A DNA stretch of 64,000 nt from Eubacteriales bacterium (GCA_045588575.1 JAZNEJ010000008.1:197492-261491), one strand, 5' to 3'. Numbered from the stretch's first letter, positions 9,661-23,096 are shown. Notes: generated by a model not told the origin, from the sequence alone. Program-made: numbers and translations.

Positions 9661-9767
9661 TAAATAAAGGGTTTCGTGAGTTTTAAACACATTTAACACC
9701 CATAAAAGAAGAAGTAAAACTTCTTTATTATATTACACTACATTACAATAAAAAGAGGAAGAGTAAA

Positions 9768-10874
9768 ATGAGATTTTCTTGTGAGAGAGATTCACTTTTA
9801 GAAGCGGTAAACGCCGCAATGAGAGCAGTTGCGGTTAAATCTGCAAATCCTGCTCTTGAAGGAATTTATTTATCGTGCGACGATAACAGCTTAAAGGTAA
9901 TAGGTTACGACGGAGATATCGCAGTTTCCGCAATAACCGACGCAATAGTAGCCGAAGCAGGTGCGGTAGTTTTAAACGCACACCTGTTTTATGAAATGAT
10001 AAGACGTTTAAATAACGGCACCGTTGATATTTCAACCGATAACGCATTTTTCACCGACATTAAGAATAATCTCACAAATTATAAAATAAACGGAATGAAT
10101 CCGCTCGATTATCCCACGCTTCCCGAAATGTCAACCGAAAATACTTTAAGATTTCCTCAAAATCTCTTAAAAAGTATGTTAAAACAAACTGTATTTTCAA
10201 TGTCTAGTTCCGAAACCAAGCCCATTTTAAACGGCTGTTATTTTTCCATTGAAGGCTCTATGGTTAAAATCGTTGCGGTAGACGGCTTCAGAGTTGCAAT
10301 AAGAGAAGAAATTATAGACACCGGCTCGAATGAAGAAACGTCGTTCATTGTTCCCGCAAAAACCGTTAACGAGGTTTTAAAGCTTCTTTCAGACGACGAA
10401 GGCAAGAACGTATATATCGAGCACACCAAGCGTCAAATAATCTTTAAAATAGGCAACGTAACGCTTATATCGCGTCTTATTGAAGGCGAATATATCGACT
10501 ATAAAGCGGTTGCAAGCAAAAAAACCTCAATTGATTGCAAAATCGACCCCAAAGAATTCCTTTCGGGCATTGAAAGAACTGCGCTTTTAACAAACGAAAA
10601 GCTCCGCATGCCCGTAAGAGCGGTTTTCGAAGGCGAAAGAGTAGTTTTAAATTGCAAGACCACTCAGGGCTGGGTTCACGATGAAATTAAATGCAAAACC
10701 GTCGGCGAGAGCTTGGAAATAGGTTTTTCCGATAAATTTATGTCCGACGCGCTTCGTGTTATCAGCGACGATGAGATTTATGTAAGATTAGATTCAAATC
10801 TTTCCCCCATTTTCCTCGAACCCGTTTCGGGAACGAGCTTTAAATTCATAATTTTACCCGTAAGACTTAAATAA
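9768..10874 (+). CDS. dnaN: DNA polymerase III beta sliding clamp
   Basis: 368 aa with full-length DnaN similarity and the canonical position after dnaA. Confidence 0.95.
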   Translation: MRFSCERDSLLEAVNAAMRAVAVKSANPALEGIYLSCDDNSLKVIGYDGDIAVSAITDAIVAEAGAVVLNAHLFYEMIRRLNNGTVDISTDNAFFTDIKNNLTNYKINGMNPLDYPTLPEMSTENTLRFPQNLLKSMLKQTVFSMSSSETKPILNGCYFSIEGSMVKIVAVDGFRVAIREEIIDTGSNEETSFIVPAKTVNEVLKLLSDDEGKNVYIEHTKRQIIFKIGNVTLISRLIEGEYIDYKAVASKKTSIDCKIDPKEFLSGIERTALLTNEKLRMPVRAVFEGERVVLNCKTTQGWVHDEIKCKTVGESLEIGFSDKFMSDALRVISDDEIYVRLDSNLSPIFLEPVSGTSFKFIILPVRLK

Positions 10875-10906
10875 AGCCAAAAAAACAGTTAAAGAGGAGG
10901 GGAGAT

Positions 10907-12085
10907 ATGAAGGCAAATTCAATAACCTTTAAAAATTTCAGAAACTTAAACACCTCTCTCTCTCTTAATGAAGGCGTTAACCTTTTAATAGGAAAAAACG
11001 GCGAGGGTAAAACCAATATTGCGGAGGCGCTTTGGTTAAACTGCGCAGGCAAAAGCTTCAAAAACGCCACCGATAAGGAAATGATACGCTTTGGCGAAAA
11101 CGAGGCTGAAATAAATTTAGATTATGAAACCGTAGGTCGCAGACATCATCTTCGCACGGTTTTGCACGGCGATAAAACCAGAGAAATTTATTTAAACGGC
11201 CTTAAAATTAAAAAAATATCCGATGCTGTCGGCTTTTTCTCCTCGGTGCTTTTCACACCGTCCGCTCTCGGCATTATTGAAGACGGGCCTTCTGAAAGAA
11301 GAAGATTCGTAGATATTGCAATAAGCCAGTTAAAGCCGGCGTATATGCGCTCGCTTATGACTTATAACAACGCTTTAGCTCAAAGAAACGCCTTTTTAAA
11401 GCTTTTTAAGAATAAAGAGGTAACGGAATATCAGCTTTTGGCGTGGGAATGTATGATGGCGCCCGACGGCGCAAGAGTTATAGGAGAAAGAAAAAAATAT
11501 TTAGAGCGAATAGATGAAATTGCATCGGCGGAATTTCAAAAAATAACCAAAGGCAAAGAAACCCTTTCAGTAAGATATATTTCGGGAAACGGTCAATTTG
11601 AAAAAGAGGTTTCCGAAACGGCGTTAAAATTAAAAAAGTGGAACAGGCTCGAACCCTACGGCGCAATAGACCGAATGGAGCTTTTTGAAATTGAAAACGC
11701 GCTTTTACATAAAATTTACGATAACCGTAAAAAAGATTTAAAGGAAGGCAGCTCTTCCATTGGCCCCCACCGCGACGATATTGAAATTTTAATAAACGGA
11801 AAATCGGCAAGAGATTACGCATCGCAGGGGCAAAAGCGTTCGGCGGTTTTGGCAATTAAGGCAGCCGAATGCAAAATAATTGAAGAAGAAACCGGTGAGC
11901 CTCCCGTGGTAATTTTAGACGACGTGCTTTCCGAGCTCGACGCCGTAAGAAGAAAATACGTTTTAGAAAATATAACAACGGGGCAAACGGTTATAACGTC
12001 TTGCGAAACGGCCCGCCACGGAAAAGCGGCGAAGGGCAAGGTTTTTGAAATAAAAGAAGGCGTTGCAACCGAGATAACCAAATAA
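10907..12085 (+). CDS. recF: DNA replication/repair protein RecF
   Basis: 392 aa with Walker A 'GKNGEGKTN' and a C-terminal 'LDDVLSELD' Walker B/signature. Confidence 0.92.
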   Translation: MKANSITFKNFRNLNTSLSLNEGVNLLIGKNGEGKTNIAEALWLNCAGKSFKNATDKEMIRFGENEAEINLDYETVGRRHHLRTVLHGDKTREIYLNGLKIKKISDAVGFFSSVLFTPSALGIIEDGPSERRRFVDIAISQLKPAYMRSLMTYNNALAQRNAFLKLFKNKEVTEYQLLAWECMMAPDGARVIGERKKYLERIDEIASAEFQKITKGKETLSVRYISGNGQFEKEVSETALKLKKWNRLEPYGAIDRMELFEIENALLHKIYDNRKKDLKEGSSSIGPHRDDIEILINGKSARDYASQGQKRSAVLAIKAAECKIIEEETGEPPVVILDDVLSELDAVRRKYVLENITTGQTVITSCETARHGKAAKGKVFEIKEGVATEITK

Positions 12086-12094
12086 GGAGAAAAA

Positions 12095-14331
<2,237 letters not shown>

Positions 14332-14355
14332 TTTAGAGTATAGGAGAAAGACGCT

Positions 14356-16890
14356 TTGGAACAGGATTTAATAAATTTAAGCGAAGACTCCGCCGGAAAA
14401 ATAATACCCGTTCCGGTAGAAAAGGAAATGAAAAGCGCATACATAGACTATGCCATGTCGGTTATAGTCGGCAGAGCGCTCCCTGATGTTCGCGACGGCT
14501 TAAAGCCGGTTCACAGAAGAATACTTTATACTATGTATGAAGCAAATTTGCTTCCCTCGAAGCCCTACCGCAAATCTGCCACCACGGTTGGCGACGTTTT
14601 GGGTAAATATCACCCCCACGGCGACCAGTCGGTTTACGATGCAATGGTCAGAATGGCGCAAACCTTCTCGCTTCGCTACCCGTTAATAGACGGTCAGGGT
14701 AACTTCGGCTCGGTGGACGGCGACCCGCCTGCCGCATACCGTTATACCGAGGCAAGAATGAGCAAAATGTCGGTTGAAATGCTCACCGATATTGAAAAAG
14801 AAACCGTTAAAATGGACCCCTCCTTCGACGAAAAGAACAAGGAGCCCTCGGTTTTGCCTTCAAGATTCCCCAATCTTTTGGTTAACGGCTCAAACGGTAT
14901 TGCCGTTGGTATGGCAACCTCAATTCCGCCCCATAACTTAAACGAGGTTATTGCGGCGATTGACTGCATTTTAGATAATCCCGAGGCAACCCTTGCCGAC
15001 GTTATGGAGCACTTAAAAGGCCCCGATTTCCCCACCGCAGGTATAATTATGGGCAGAAGCGGCATAAGAGCGGCTTATGCAACGGGCAGAGGCAAGGTTA
15101 GAGTTAGAGCAAGAGCCGAAATTGAAGAAGTAAAGGGACGTTTCCGCATAAACATAACCGAGCTTCCTTATCAGGTTAACAAGGCAAGACTCATTGAAAA
15201 TATTGCCGATTTGGTTAAAGAAAAGAGAATTGAAGGCATTTCTGACCTTCGCGACGAATCCGATATTAAGGGTATGTCGGTTATAGTTGAGCTTAAAAGA
15301 GACGCCAACCCGCAGGTTGTTTTAAATAATCTCTATTCAATGACTCAGCTTGAAGACACGCAGTCTATAATTCTCTTGGCGCTTGTTAACAATCAGCCCA
15401 AGGTAATGTCTATAAGAGAGGTTTTAGACCACTATATAGCATTCCAGAAAGAAATAATTACCAAAAGAACGCAGTTTGACCTTAAAAAAGCGGCTGCGAG
15501 AATGCACATCGTTGAAGGTCTTTGCAGAGCGCTCGATATTATCGACGATATTATCGCCTTAATACGCGCATCGAAAAATACCGCGTCTGCAAAAGAAGCC
15601 TTAATGGCAACCTACGGCTTTACCGAAATTCAGGCTGAAGAAATCGTTAATATGCGTCTTGCAAGATTAACCGGTCTTGCAAGAGAAGAGCTTGAAAACG
15701 AATATAACAACTTAAAGGCTCTTATTGAAGATTATAACGATATTTTGGCACGTCCCGAAAGAGTTGCCGAAATATTCAGAGAAGAGCTTCACGCAATAGG
15801 CAAGAAATTCGGCGATGAAAGACGCACCGAAATTTCGGCAATTGAGAACGAAATAGATATTGAAGACTTAATTGAAGAGCAGGATTGCGTTTACACCTAC
15901 ACTCATTTCGGCTATATTAAGCGTCAGCTTCAGGAAGCTTATAAGGCTCAGAGAAGAGGCGGCAGAGGCGTTTCGGGTATGAAAACCCGTGAAGAAGACT
16001 TTGCCGAAAAGATTTTCACCGGCTCAACTCACGATTACGTTCTTTTCTTCACCGATAAGGGCAGAGTTTTCAGAGTTAAGGGCTATGAAATTCCCGAATC
16101 GAGCAGAAACTCCAAGGGTATGAACATAGTAAACCTCATTCCGCTTGAAGCAGAGGAAAAGGTTTACACCATGATAACAATTAAGAGCTTTGAGGAAGAT
16201 AAATGTCTTCTCTTCGTTACCAAAAACGGAACCGTTAAGAGAACTGCGCTTAAAGAATACGTAAACGTAAGAAAAACGGGACTGATTGCAATCGGTCTTG
16301 ACGAGGGCGATGAGCTTGTAACCGTGCTTCTCACAAGCGGTAACGATAACGTTATGCTCGGCACTAAAAACGGTATGATGATTAAGTTTAACGAGGAAGA
16401 CGCCAGACTTATGGGCAGAACCGCTCACGGCGTTAGAGGCATTAAGCTTAAAGAGGACGACTGCGTTATAGATGCAGGCATTGAAACCGAGGGCTGCTCG
16501 GTATTAACCGTTACCGAAAACGGCTTCGGAAAGAGAACCGCATCCGATGAATACAGAATGCAAACCCGTGGCGGCACAGGCATTTTGAACTATAAGCTTG
16601 CCGAGAAAACAGGCCTTGTTTCAGGCTTTAAAATGGTAAACGGCGAAGAGGACGTAATTTTAATTGCCTCAAACGGCGTTATTATAAGAACCGACGTTGC
16701 AAGCATCTCGGTAATAGGCAGAGCCACCTCGGGCGTTAAGGTAATGCGCCTTGAAGGAACCGATGCAAAGCTTGTTGGCATTGCAACGGTTGAAAAGGAA
16801 GAGGAAGCTTCCGAAATTTCGGAAGAAAACCCCGAAACCGCTCCAGAAACCGTTGAAAACACAACCGAAAACACCGAAAAAGGAGAATAA
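14356..16890 (+). CDS. gyrA: DNA gyrase subunit A
   Basis: 844 aa with a TTG start preceded by AGGAGA. It carries the '[10 protein letters not shown]' active-site Tyr region and an acidic C-terminal tail. Confidence 0.95.
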   Translation: MEQDLINLSEDSAGKIIPVPVEKEMKSAYIDYAMSVIVGRALPDVRDGLKPVHRRILYTMYEANLLPSKPYRKSATTVGDVLGKYHPHGDQSVYDAMVRMAQTFSLRYPLIDGQGNFGSVDGDPPAAYRYTEARMSKMSVEMLTDIEKETVKMDPSFDEKNKEPSVLPSRFPNLLVNGSNGIAVGMATSIPPHNLNEVIAAIDCILDNPEATLADVMEHLKGPDFPTAGIIMGRSGIRAAYATGRGKVRVRARAEIEEVKGRFRINITELPYQVNKARLIENIADLVKEKRIEGISDLRDESDIKGMSVIVELKRDANPQVVLNNLYSMTQLEDTQSIILLALVNNQPKVMSIREVLDHYIAFQKEIITKRTQFDLKKAAARMHIVEGLCRALDIIDDIIALIRASKNTASAKEALMATYGFTEIQAEEIVNMRLARLTGLAREELENEYNNLKALIEDYNDILARPERVAEIFREELHAIGKKFGDERRTEISAIENEIDIEDLIEEQDCVYTYTHFGYIKRQLQEAYKAQRRGGRGVSGMKTREEDFAEKIFTGSTHDYVLFFTDKGRVFRVKGYEIPESSRNSKGMNIVNLIPLEAEEKVYTMITIKSFEEDKCLLFVTKNGTVKRTALKEYVNVRKTGLIAIGLDEGDELVTVLLTSGNDNVMLGTKNGMMIKFNEEDARLMGRTAHGVRGIKLKEDDCVIDAGIETEGCSVLTVTENGFGKRTASDEYRMQTRGGTGILNYKLAEKTGLVSGFKMVNGEEDVILIASNGVIIRTDVASISVIGRATSGVKVMRLEGTDAKLVGIATVEKEEEASEISEENPETAPETVENTTENTEKGE

Positions 16891-16893
16891 ACA

Positions 16894-17763
16894 ATGAAAA
16901 AAATACTCTCCGTATTATTAGCATCAATTTTACTTGTTTCTTCCGCCTTTGTTTTATCGTCTTGCGCCGCTCCCGATGCAAGCGGAATAAGAGCAGCCGT
17001 TTTGGCGGCAAACGATAAAATCATGGCAGAAAAGAAATACAGCTTCGTTTCGGAGGAAATTGTTTCAATAACCGAAAACGGCGTGGCCACCTCGTTTAAA
17101 GATGCATATTCCTATATAAAAGCAACGGGCGCATTGGTTGAGGGCGCAAACGAGGTTACAAGATTTAACTATGAGCAAACCTCCTCAATAAAAATTCAAA
17201 ACGCCGAAAGCAAGGGCGAATATAAGGCAACCGCCGTTTTAAAGAAATTTTTAGACGAAACGGGCAAGCTTTATTACTCGCTTGAAGAAACCGGCGAGGA
17301 GAGCATTAAAACAATCTCTAAAACGTTCAGCGAGGGCGTTAGCTTTGAAAGCATAAAAGAAAACTACGAAAAGCTTGTAATGCACAACGTAACCGATTAC
17401 GCTCTTAAAAACGTTTCGAAATCGGTTGTTTCAAACGAAACCACCTATATTGCCGAAGTTGACGGAAACGTTTTAAATAACGAGTTTATTAAGGTTTATT
17501 TGGGCTCGCTCGGTATTTTGGGCGAAGAGTTTGCTTTCGAGCAGGAAAGAGCCAGTGTAATTTACGTTATAAATGCCGATGGCTATCTCGTTTACAGCTT
17601 CGTAATCGTTTCGGGCTCGCTTTCAATTACCGAAAACGGCGTTAACCGCACGGTTGAGTTTAACTATCAAAAGGGCTCGAAGGCAATAAAATGGGGCGAC
17701 GTAACCATTACCCCCGTTACCGACGTTGAAAGCTATCTTCCCGCAACACCCGACCAAGAGTAA
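16894..17763 (+). CDS. putative lipoprotein
   Basis: 289 aa with a signal peptide and lipobox (LSSC). The RBS AAAGGAG lies inside the gyrA end. No family recognised. Confidence 0.55.
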   Translation: MKKILSVLLASILLVSSAFVLSSCAAPDASGIRAAVLAANDKIMAEKKYSFVSEEIVSITENGVATSFKDAYSYIKATGALVEGANEVTRFNYEQTSSIKIQNAESKGEYKATAVLKKFLDETGKLYYSLEETGEESIKTISKTFSEGVSFESIKENYEKLVMHNVTDYALKNVSKSVVSNETTYIAEVDGNVLNNEFIKVYLGSLGILGEEFAFEQERASVIYVINADGYLVYSFVIVSGSLSITENGVNRTVEFNYQKGSKAIKWGDVTITPVTDVESYLPATPDQE

Positions 17764-17770
17764 AAAAAGA

Positions 17771-17796
17771 AAAACCGCAGTTTTCTGCGGTTTTTT
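17771..17796 (+). terminator. Rho-independent terminator
   Basis: AAAACCGCAG ttttc CTGCGGTTTTTT. Confidence 0.7.
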
Positions 17797-17818
17797 AATA
17801 CAAAAGGACTGACTTAAA

Positions 17819-18580
17819 ATGTATTTTGATACACACGCCCACTTAGACGACGAGCGCTTTAACGAAGAAAGAGAAGCTTTAATTGAAAGCTTTAAGGAAA
17901 ACGGAATTTCACTCGTTATGAATATAGGCGCCGATATGCAGGGCTGTATAGACGGCGTTTCTATGGCAGAGATGCACGATGAAATTTATGCGGCGGTTGG
18001 AATTCATCCCGAATTTGCCGAAACGGTAAATGAAAAAACGCTTGAAACACTTTCAATTCTCGCAATTTCTTCAAAAAAGGTTAAGGCAATAGGAGAAATA
18101 GGGTTAGATTATCATTACGATAACTTTGATAAGGAAGCGCAGAAAAAAGCGTTTCGCGCCCAAATGGAGCTTGCAAAAAAGCTTAATCTGCCCGTTATAA
18201 TCCATTCAAGAGATGCCTATGCCGATACTCTTGAAATAATAAAGGAATATCCCGATTTAAAAAAGGTTATTCACTGCTTTTCGGGAAATAACGAAAACGC
18301 CAAGGAGCTCTTCGGTTTGGGTTGCTACGTCTCGTTTACCGGCGTAATAACCTTTAAAAACGCAAAAAAATTCGAAGAAATTTTAAAAGAGGCGCCGCTT
18401 GACAGAATATTTTTTGAAACCGACTGTCCTTATATGGCTCCCGAACCCGTTAGAGGCACGGTGAATAACCCAATAAATGTCAAGCATATTGTTAAAAAAG
18501 CTGCGGAAACTATCGGTATTGAAGCCGAAAAGCTTGCGGAAATTTCAACCGAAACCGCAAGGAAATTTTTTGAAATATAA
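17819..18580 (+). CDS. tatD: TatD-family metal-dependent hydrolase (YabD-like)
   Basis: 253 aa with 'YFDTHAHLDD' and 'EIGLDYHY' motifs. Confidence 0.88.
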   Translation: MYFDTHAHLDDERFNEEREALIESFKENGISLVMNIGADMQGCIDGVSMAEMHDEIYAAVGIHPEFAETVNEKTLETLSILAISSKKVKAIGEIGLDYHYDNFDKEAQKKAFRAQMELAKKLNLPVIIHSRDAYADTLEIIKEYPDLKKVIHCFSGNNENAKELFGLGCYVSFTGVITFKNAKKFEEILKEAPLDRIFFETDCPYMAPEPVRGTVNNPINVKHIVKKAAETIGIEAEKLAEISTETARKFFEI

Positions 18581-18629
18581 TCTTTTAAACGGCTTTGCCA
18601 ACAGGCAAGGCCGTTTTTTTTGGAGTTTT

Positions 18630-19301
18630 ATGAAAAAAATAACGAAATGCCTGATAATATCTTTAACAGCAGTGTTGCTTTTTTCCTCTTTTAACGTGGG
18701 AAAGGCAGAAGAAAACAGAAAAGTTGATTTTTCAAAGCCGATGGTAGCTCTTACCTTCGACGACGGCCCCCGCAAAGGAACAACCGACGAGATTTTAAAA
18801 ATCTTGGAGGAAGAAAATGTAAGAGCCACCTTTTTCGTGCTCGGTGAAATGGCGGCGAAAAACCCCGAAATTTTAAGAAAAATTTATCTTTCGGGAAACG
18901 AAATAGCAAATCACACCTATAACCATCCCAATCTCAAAAAAATAAGCTTGGCAGAGGCCGAAAAAGAAATAAGAAAAACCGATGAAATTATTTTTGAAAT
19001 AACGGGAAGCACGCCAAGACTTCTTCGCGCCCCCGGCGGAAACGTAACCGCCGAGCTTAAAGAGCTTTTTTTAGACCGCCGCTTCGTTTTGTGGACGGTT
19101 GATTCGCTTGACTGGAAATACCGTTCAACCGAGCATTTGATAAGCTTTTTTAAAACCGCTTCGCTTAAAAACGGCGATATAATTTTAATGCACGATATAA
19201 GAGAAACCACAAAAGATGCATTAAGAGAGGTTATAAGAATTATAAAAAACAGAGGCTTTGAAATCGTAACCGTTTCGGAGCTTGAAATTTTCAACGGTTA
19301 A
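18630..19301 (+). CDS. polysaccharide deacetylase (NodB homology domain)
   Basis: The track ORF starts at 18477 and overlaps tatD. The ATG at 18630 (MKKITKCLIISL..., signal peptide) follows a terminator-like hairpin. NodB motifs 'TFDDGP' and 'HTYNHP' are present. Confidence 0.82.
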   Translation: MKKITKCLIISLTAVLLFSSFNVGKAEENRKVDFSKPMVALTFDDGPRKGTTDEILKILEEENVRATFFVLGEMAAKNPEILRKIYLSGNEIANHTYNHPNLKKISLAEAEKEIRKTDEIIFEITGSTPRLLRAPGGNVTAELKELFLDRRFVLWTVDSLDWKYRSTEHLISFFKTASLKNGDIILMHDIRETTKDALREVIRIIKNRGFEIVTVSELEIFNG

Positions 19302-19368
19302 AAGGAAATTATTGACAAAACGTTGAAAATTTGTTAAAATAATTAAAAAAATAAAAGGAGATATTATT

Positions 19369-19842
19369 ATGATTTCAAACGCAATAGTTTTAGTTATCGG
19401 CATTCTTTTGGCAATTGCCGCAACGGTCTTTCTTTTCATTAAGGTTCTTCCTTCCAAAAAAGACGGCACCTTCTCTAACAAGCTTTTACAGCACACTCAC
19501 GATTATTTTAATTTCAAAAAGCTTTACATAGAGAGCATTCTCAAAGCCGTTTTTGCCTTTGCAACCGTTGCCACCGTTTTAATAGGCGTTTTAACCTTAA
19601 CTCTCGGCAGCCTTATCGATTTTATTTCGCTCGTTTCAAGCGCAGTTCAATATAACGTTGAATTCGGCGAATTTATGCAGGTTTATTGGCCTTTCTTATG
19701 GCGCAATCTTTTAACCGGCTTATTCTATGCCGTTGTTGCTCCTCTTGCTTTGCGCTTGCTCTACGAGTTAATTATGATGTTCGTTTTACTCGTTAAAAAC
19801 GTTATTGAAATAAATAACAAAATGAAGAAAAAAGACGAATAA
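19369..19842 (+). CDS. hypothetical membrane protein
   Basis: 157 aa with three or four TM helices. It has its own TTGACA/TGTTAAAAT promoter and an AAGGAG RBS. No family recognised. Confidence 0.5.
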   Translation: MISNAIVLVIGILLAIAATVFLFIKVLPSKKDGTFSNKLLQHTHDYFNFKKLYIESILKAVFAFATVATVLIGVLTLTLGSLIDFISLVSSAVQYNVEFGEFMQVYWPFLWRNLLTGLFYAVVAPLALRLLYELIMMFVLLVKNVIEINNKMKKKDE

Positions 19843-19852
19843 TTAAAAAATT

Positions 19853-19883
19853 AAAAGACGGTGAATTTCACCGTCTTTTTTTT
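19853..19883. terminator. bidirectional terminator between convergent genes
   Basis: AAAAGACGGTGA attt TCACCGTCTTTTTTTT. Confidence 0.7.
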
Positions 19884-21978
19884 ATGCCGAAAAATAATCG
19901 AAAACCGAGCGCGCAAGAGAACGGGCAACAACGTCTATGTTTTCTTCTTTTAAAAATTTATCATATTCGCAAATATTCGTCATATAGCCGCACTCGATTA
20001 TAATTGAGGGTAAAAACGGAGTGTGGCAAATTATGTAGTCGCTTTTTGAAGATGCTTTTAAAGGCCAATGTGAATATTTTGAAACGTTTTCTGAAACGGT
20101 GTCGGAGAGTCGGCGGCTGTGCTCGTTTGCAAAAATGGTTAAAATTCCGCTTCTTCCCAGCGGGTTTGCCGCTTCGCTCACCGCGTTAAAATGAATTGAT
20201 ATTCCAATGTCGGCGTTTTCACGCTGATACCACGTTTTAACCACCGATGCGTAAAGCGTTTCGGTTGTTTTTTCATTTCTCGAAATAACAACCTCGGCAC
20301 CGAGCGATTCAAGATAATGCTTGGTTTTGAGCGCCACTAAATAGTTAAGGTCGCGTTCCTTGAAATCGAAAGGACAGTCGGGACCTTGAGAGCCGCCAAC
20401 GTTAACCGAGTGGCCCGCATCGAGCATTATTTTTATGTTTGAAAGAGGCTTATCACCCGAATTTGCCTTTTTGGGAATGCGAAATTTTATAATAACCGAA
20501 TCGTTTTCAAAATAAGCATACCAACCCGAAAAATCGGTTTTTTCAAAGCATTTGAGGGTTATAGAGGTGTTAACGGACTCTTTTTTAATTTCAAAACCCT
20601 CAAAAAGAGGATTTTCAGATATGGCAAAACCATCTTTAAGCTCGGTGTTTTTCAGAACAATTTCAGCCCCGTTTTCCTTTTGCGAAACAGTGAAAAAAGG
20701 ATTTCCCTCGGCGCTGAATTTTAAAACAAAAAAGGTGTCTTCAATAAAAGAGTCTTGTAAAGAAAGAGAGGGAGGCGGAAGCTCTTCGGTTTCGGTAACG
20801 GTTACGTATTCCGTTTGAACGTAATAGCCTGAGGCAAGCAAAAAAACCTCAATTTCGGTGTCGTTTATTTTGTTTTGGGTTACAATTTTATCAACTATAA
20901 CGTCTTTAAGACCGTCGGGGGCATATTTGGAATTTTCGTTTGAGGTAACGGGAATTTTTTCAAATAAAAGGGGATATCCCGTGCCGTTTATTACCGCCGT
21001 TTTACCAATTTCACTCGGTTTTTCCGAGGCTTTGTTTTTTTCGGTTGTCTTTGCACCGAGCCTCGTTATTTTAAAGGTAAGCTCGTTTTCTCCGTTTTGC
21101 AAAACCACGGTGTTTTCACCGTAATTTAATTCTATTTTGGCGGTGAAAAGTCCGTTTGCGGTGCGTAAAACCTTGTTTCCGCCTGCGGTTAACGGAAAAT
21201 TCGGGTTGCTTCCGCCCGTTAAATAGACAACGGAATATTTCGTTTCAAAATTTCTCGATGATGGAATTCCAACGGTTAAATCGGTCATATTTTTTCTTAA
21301 AGCAGGCGCAAAAACCGATGAAACGGCATCGGATACCGCATTTTCATTAGAAAGAATTCTTAAATTATCATAAAAAATTATTCCGTTTGAATTTTCCGAA
21401 AGCGTCTCGGCGTAACATTCCAAAACCTTTTCACAGTTTTCGGTTTTTTCGGAATTTGCCCTGTAAAACGAAAAAAAGCTTTCGCCTTTTACGGCAAAAA
21501 TTTCATCTTCTTCTAAATAAAAAAAGGTTTTATGAGGGTATTTTGCTGCCAAAAAATCAGCGGTTTCGCGTGGAAGTGAAAAGTTAAAAAATATGCCCGA
21601 ATTTAACTCGCTTTCGGCGTAAAAGGCGGTGTTTTCCAAATTTTCAAGAGTAACGAAAAAGGAAAAACCGTCTTTGTTTCCCTTAAAATCGTTAATGCCG
21701 TTTGGCAAGGTTATAATGCCCGAAAGACCGATTGATTTATAAATTGAAACCGATTTTTCGGTTGGAGATGCATCAAAAACGAAGCCGAAAAAGCTTTTAT
21801 TCGGCTCGTAAAGCGTTTTAAATTGAGTGTAAAGATAGGGAAAAGCATCACGCTCGGGGGCAAAATCGCAAAACGGAAGAGAGGGCGCCGACAGACTTTT
21901 TTCGGGCGCTTTTTCACAGGATGAAAAAATAAAAAACGGGAAAATCAAGAAAATTAAAAATAAAAATGCCTTTTGCAT
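19882..21978 (-). CDS. N-acetylmuramoyl-L-alanine amidase (Amidase_3 C-terminal domain), lipoprotein-like
   Basis: The ATG at 21978 (MQKAFLFL...FSSC) follows a GAGGTGA RBS. The C-terminal 'IMLDAGHS...GISIHFNA...IIECGYM' region is typical of the CwlC/AmiC-type amidase fold. Confidence 0.78.
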   Translation of the reverse strand: MQKAFLFLIFLIFPFFIFSSCEKAPEKSLSAPSLPFCDFAPERDAFPYLYTQFKTLYEPNKSFFGFVFDASPTEKSVSIYKSIGLSGIITLPNGINDFKGNKDGFSFFVTLENLENTAFYAESELNSGIFFNFSLPRETADFLAAKYPHKTFFYLEEDEIFAVKGESFFSFYRANSEKTENCEKVLECYAETLSENSNGIIFYDNLRILSNENAVSDAVSSVFAPALRKNMTDLTVGIPSSRNFETKYSVVYLTGGSNPNFPLTAGGNKVLRTANGLFTAKIELNYGENTVVLQNGENELTFKITRLGAKTTEKNKASEKPSEIGKTAVINGTGYPLLFEKIPVTSNENSKYAPDGLKDVIVDKIVTQNKINDTEIEVFLLASGYYVQTEYVTVTETEELPPPSLSLQDSFIEDTFFVLKFSAEGNPFFTVSQKENGAEIVLKNTELKDGFAISENPLFEGFEIKKESVNTSITLKCFEKTDFSGWYAYFENDSVIIKFRIPKKANSGDKPLSNIKIMLDAGHSVNVGGSQGPDCPFDFKERDLNYLVALKTKHYLESLGAEVVISRNEKTTETLYASVVKTWYQRENADIGISIHFNAVSEAANPLGRSGILTIFANEHSRRLSDTVSENVSKYSHWPLKASSKSDYIICHTPFLPSIIIECGYMTNICEYDKFLKEENIDVVARSLARSVFDYFSA

Positions 21979-22036
21979 AAACTTCACCTCGTAAAACATT
22001 ATGCACAAGGCATAAAAACAATTCGGTTATAAAAAA

Positions 22037-23092
22037 TTATTGATAAAAATTTAAAAATTTAGGCGACCGGGTAAGGTTTACGGCTTCGTTTTGCGTTGTG
22101 AAAACAATATCTTCAATTCTAACGCCGAACCTGCCTTTAAGATAAATTCCCGGCTCAACGCTTAAAACCGCATTTGCGGAAATGGGGTAATCTGCTCGGG
22201 GGGCAAAATTGGGCCATTCGTGAATTTCGTAGCCGACGCCGTGGCCGAGAGAATGAGTGAAGAGGTTTTCAAAATCACCCGAATTTATAATTTCTCTTGC
22301 AAACGAATCGCATTCCTTGCCGGTTAACCCCGCTTTAATTGAGGAAAGGGCGGCATTTTGAGCCTTTAAAACCGTTTCGTGCGCATCTTTGTAAATTTCG
22401 GGCGCTTTTTCGCCGAAAAAGAAGCTTCGGGACATATCAGAGCAAAGACCGTTTATTTTTGCGCCGAAATCGAAAAGCACGGGCATATTCGCTTTTAATT
22501 TATTATTCGAAGGCTCGCCGTGAGGAATTGAGGTTTTTGAGCCGAATAAAACGATGGTATTAAATGCGGTTTCCGCTTGGTTTTTCTTCATAAAATATTC
22601 AAGCTCGGAGACAATATCAATCTCCGAAACGCCTTCTTTTAAGTAAGAAAGAATGTGCGAGAAGGCGGCATCAGTAATTTTTTGCGCCTTTTTTATTAAA
22701 TTCAGGTCGCTTTCGTCTTTGTAAGCGCGAAGAGCGTTAATTTCAGCCTCCCCGTTTTTAACGCTGACGAGCGAAGAAAGCTTTCCGTGCTCTTTAAGCG
22801 TTATTTTCCCCTCGTTAACGGCGCAAGTCCTTATGCCCTCGGCCGAAAAAATCTCTTCGAGAGATTTGAAAACACCTTCGGTGTTTTTTAAAACGGCAAC
22901 GCCGTTTAACCTTTCGGCCGCCTCGAAATAGCGCATATCGGCGGTTAGGAAAATGCCGTTTTCGCTAATAACGCAGGCGTTATCGGAAATTTTAAGACCT
23001 GTGAAATAAAAAATGGAAGGCTCGTCGAAAAAAACGAAGGCGTCAACACCGAGTTTGTTGAGAAAATTGAGAGCAAGCTCTTTTTTAGTCAT
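22037..23092 (-). CDS. M24-family Xaa-Pro aminopeptidase
   Basis: Metal-ligand pattern FDFG...DMSR...HGVGYEIHE...SVEPG...IEDIV. The start is chosen at MTKKEL (23092) to avoid overlap with the upstream gene; the ORF is open to 23122. Confidence 0.82.
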   Translation of the reverse strand: MTKKELALNFLNKLGVDAFVFFDEPSIFYFTGLKISDNACVISENGIFLTADMRYFEAAERLNGVAVLKNTEGVFKSLEEIFSAEGIRTCAVNEGKITLKEHGKLSSLVSVKNGEAEINALRAYKDESDLNLIKKAQKITDAAFSHILSYLKEGVSEIDIVSELEYFMKKNQAETAFNTIVLFGSKTSIPHGEPSNNKLKANMPVLFDFGAKINGLCSDMSRSFFFGEKAPEIYKDAHETVLKAQNAALSSIKAGLTGKECDSFAREIINSGDFENLFTHSLGHGVGYEIHEWPNFAPRADYPISANAVLSVEPGIYLKGRFGVRIEDIVFTTQNEAVNLTRSPKFLNFYQ

Positions 23093-23096
23093 AAAA

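Noticed and set aside
16590-17090. 166-aa and 91-aa minus-strand ORFs across the gyrA end and the lipoprotein start
   Set aside because: They are antisense to strongly supported genes and have low-complexity Ser/Thr-rich translations, typical of shadow ORFs.
18477-18629. Long N-terminal extension of the polysaccharide deacetylase ORF overlapping tatD
   Set aside because: It overlaps the tatD C-terminus and a terminator-like hairpin. The ATG at 18630 yields a normal signal peptide.
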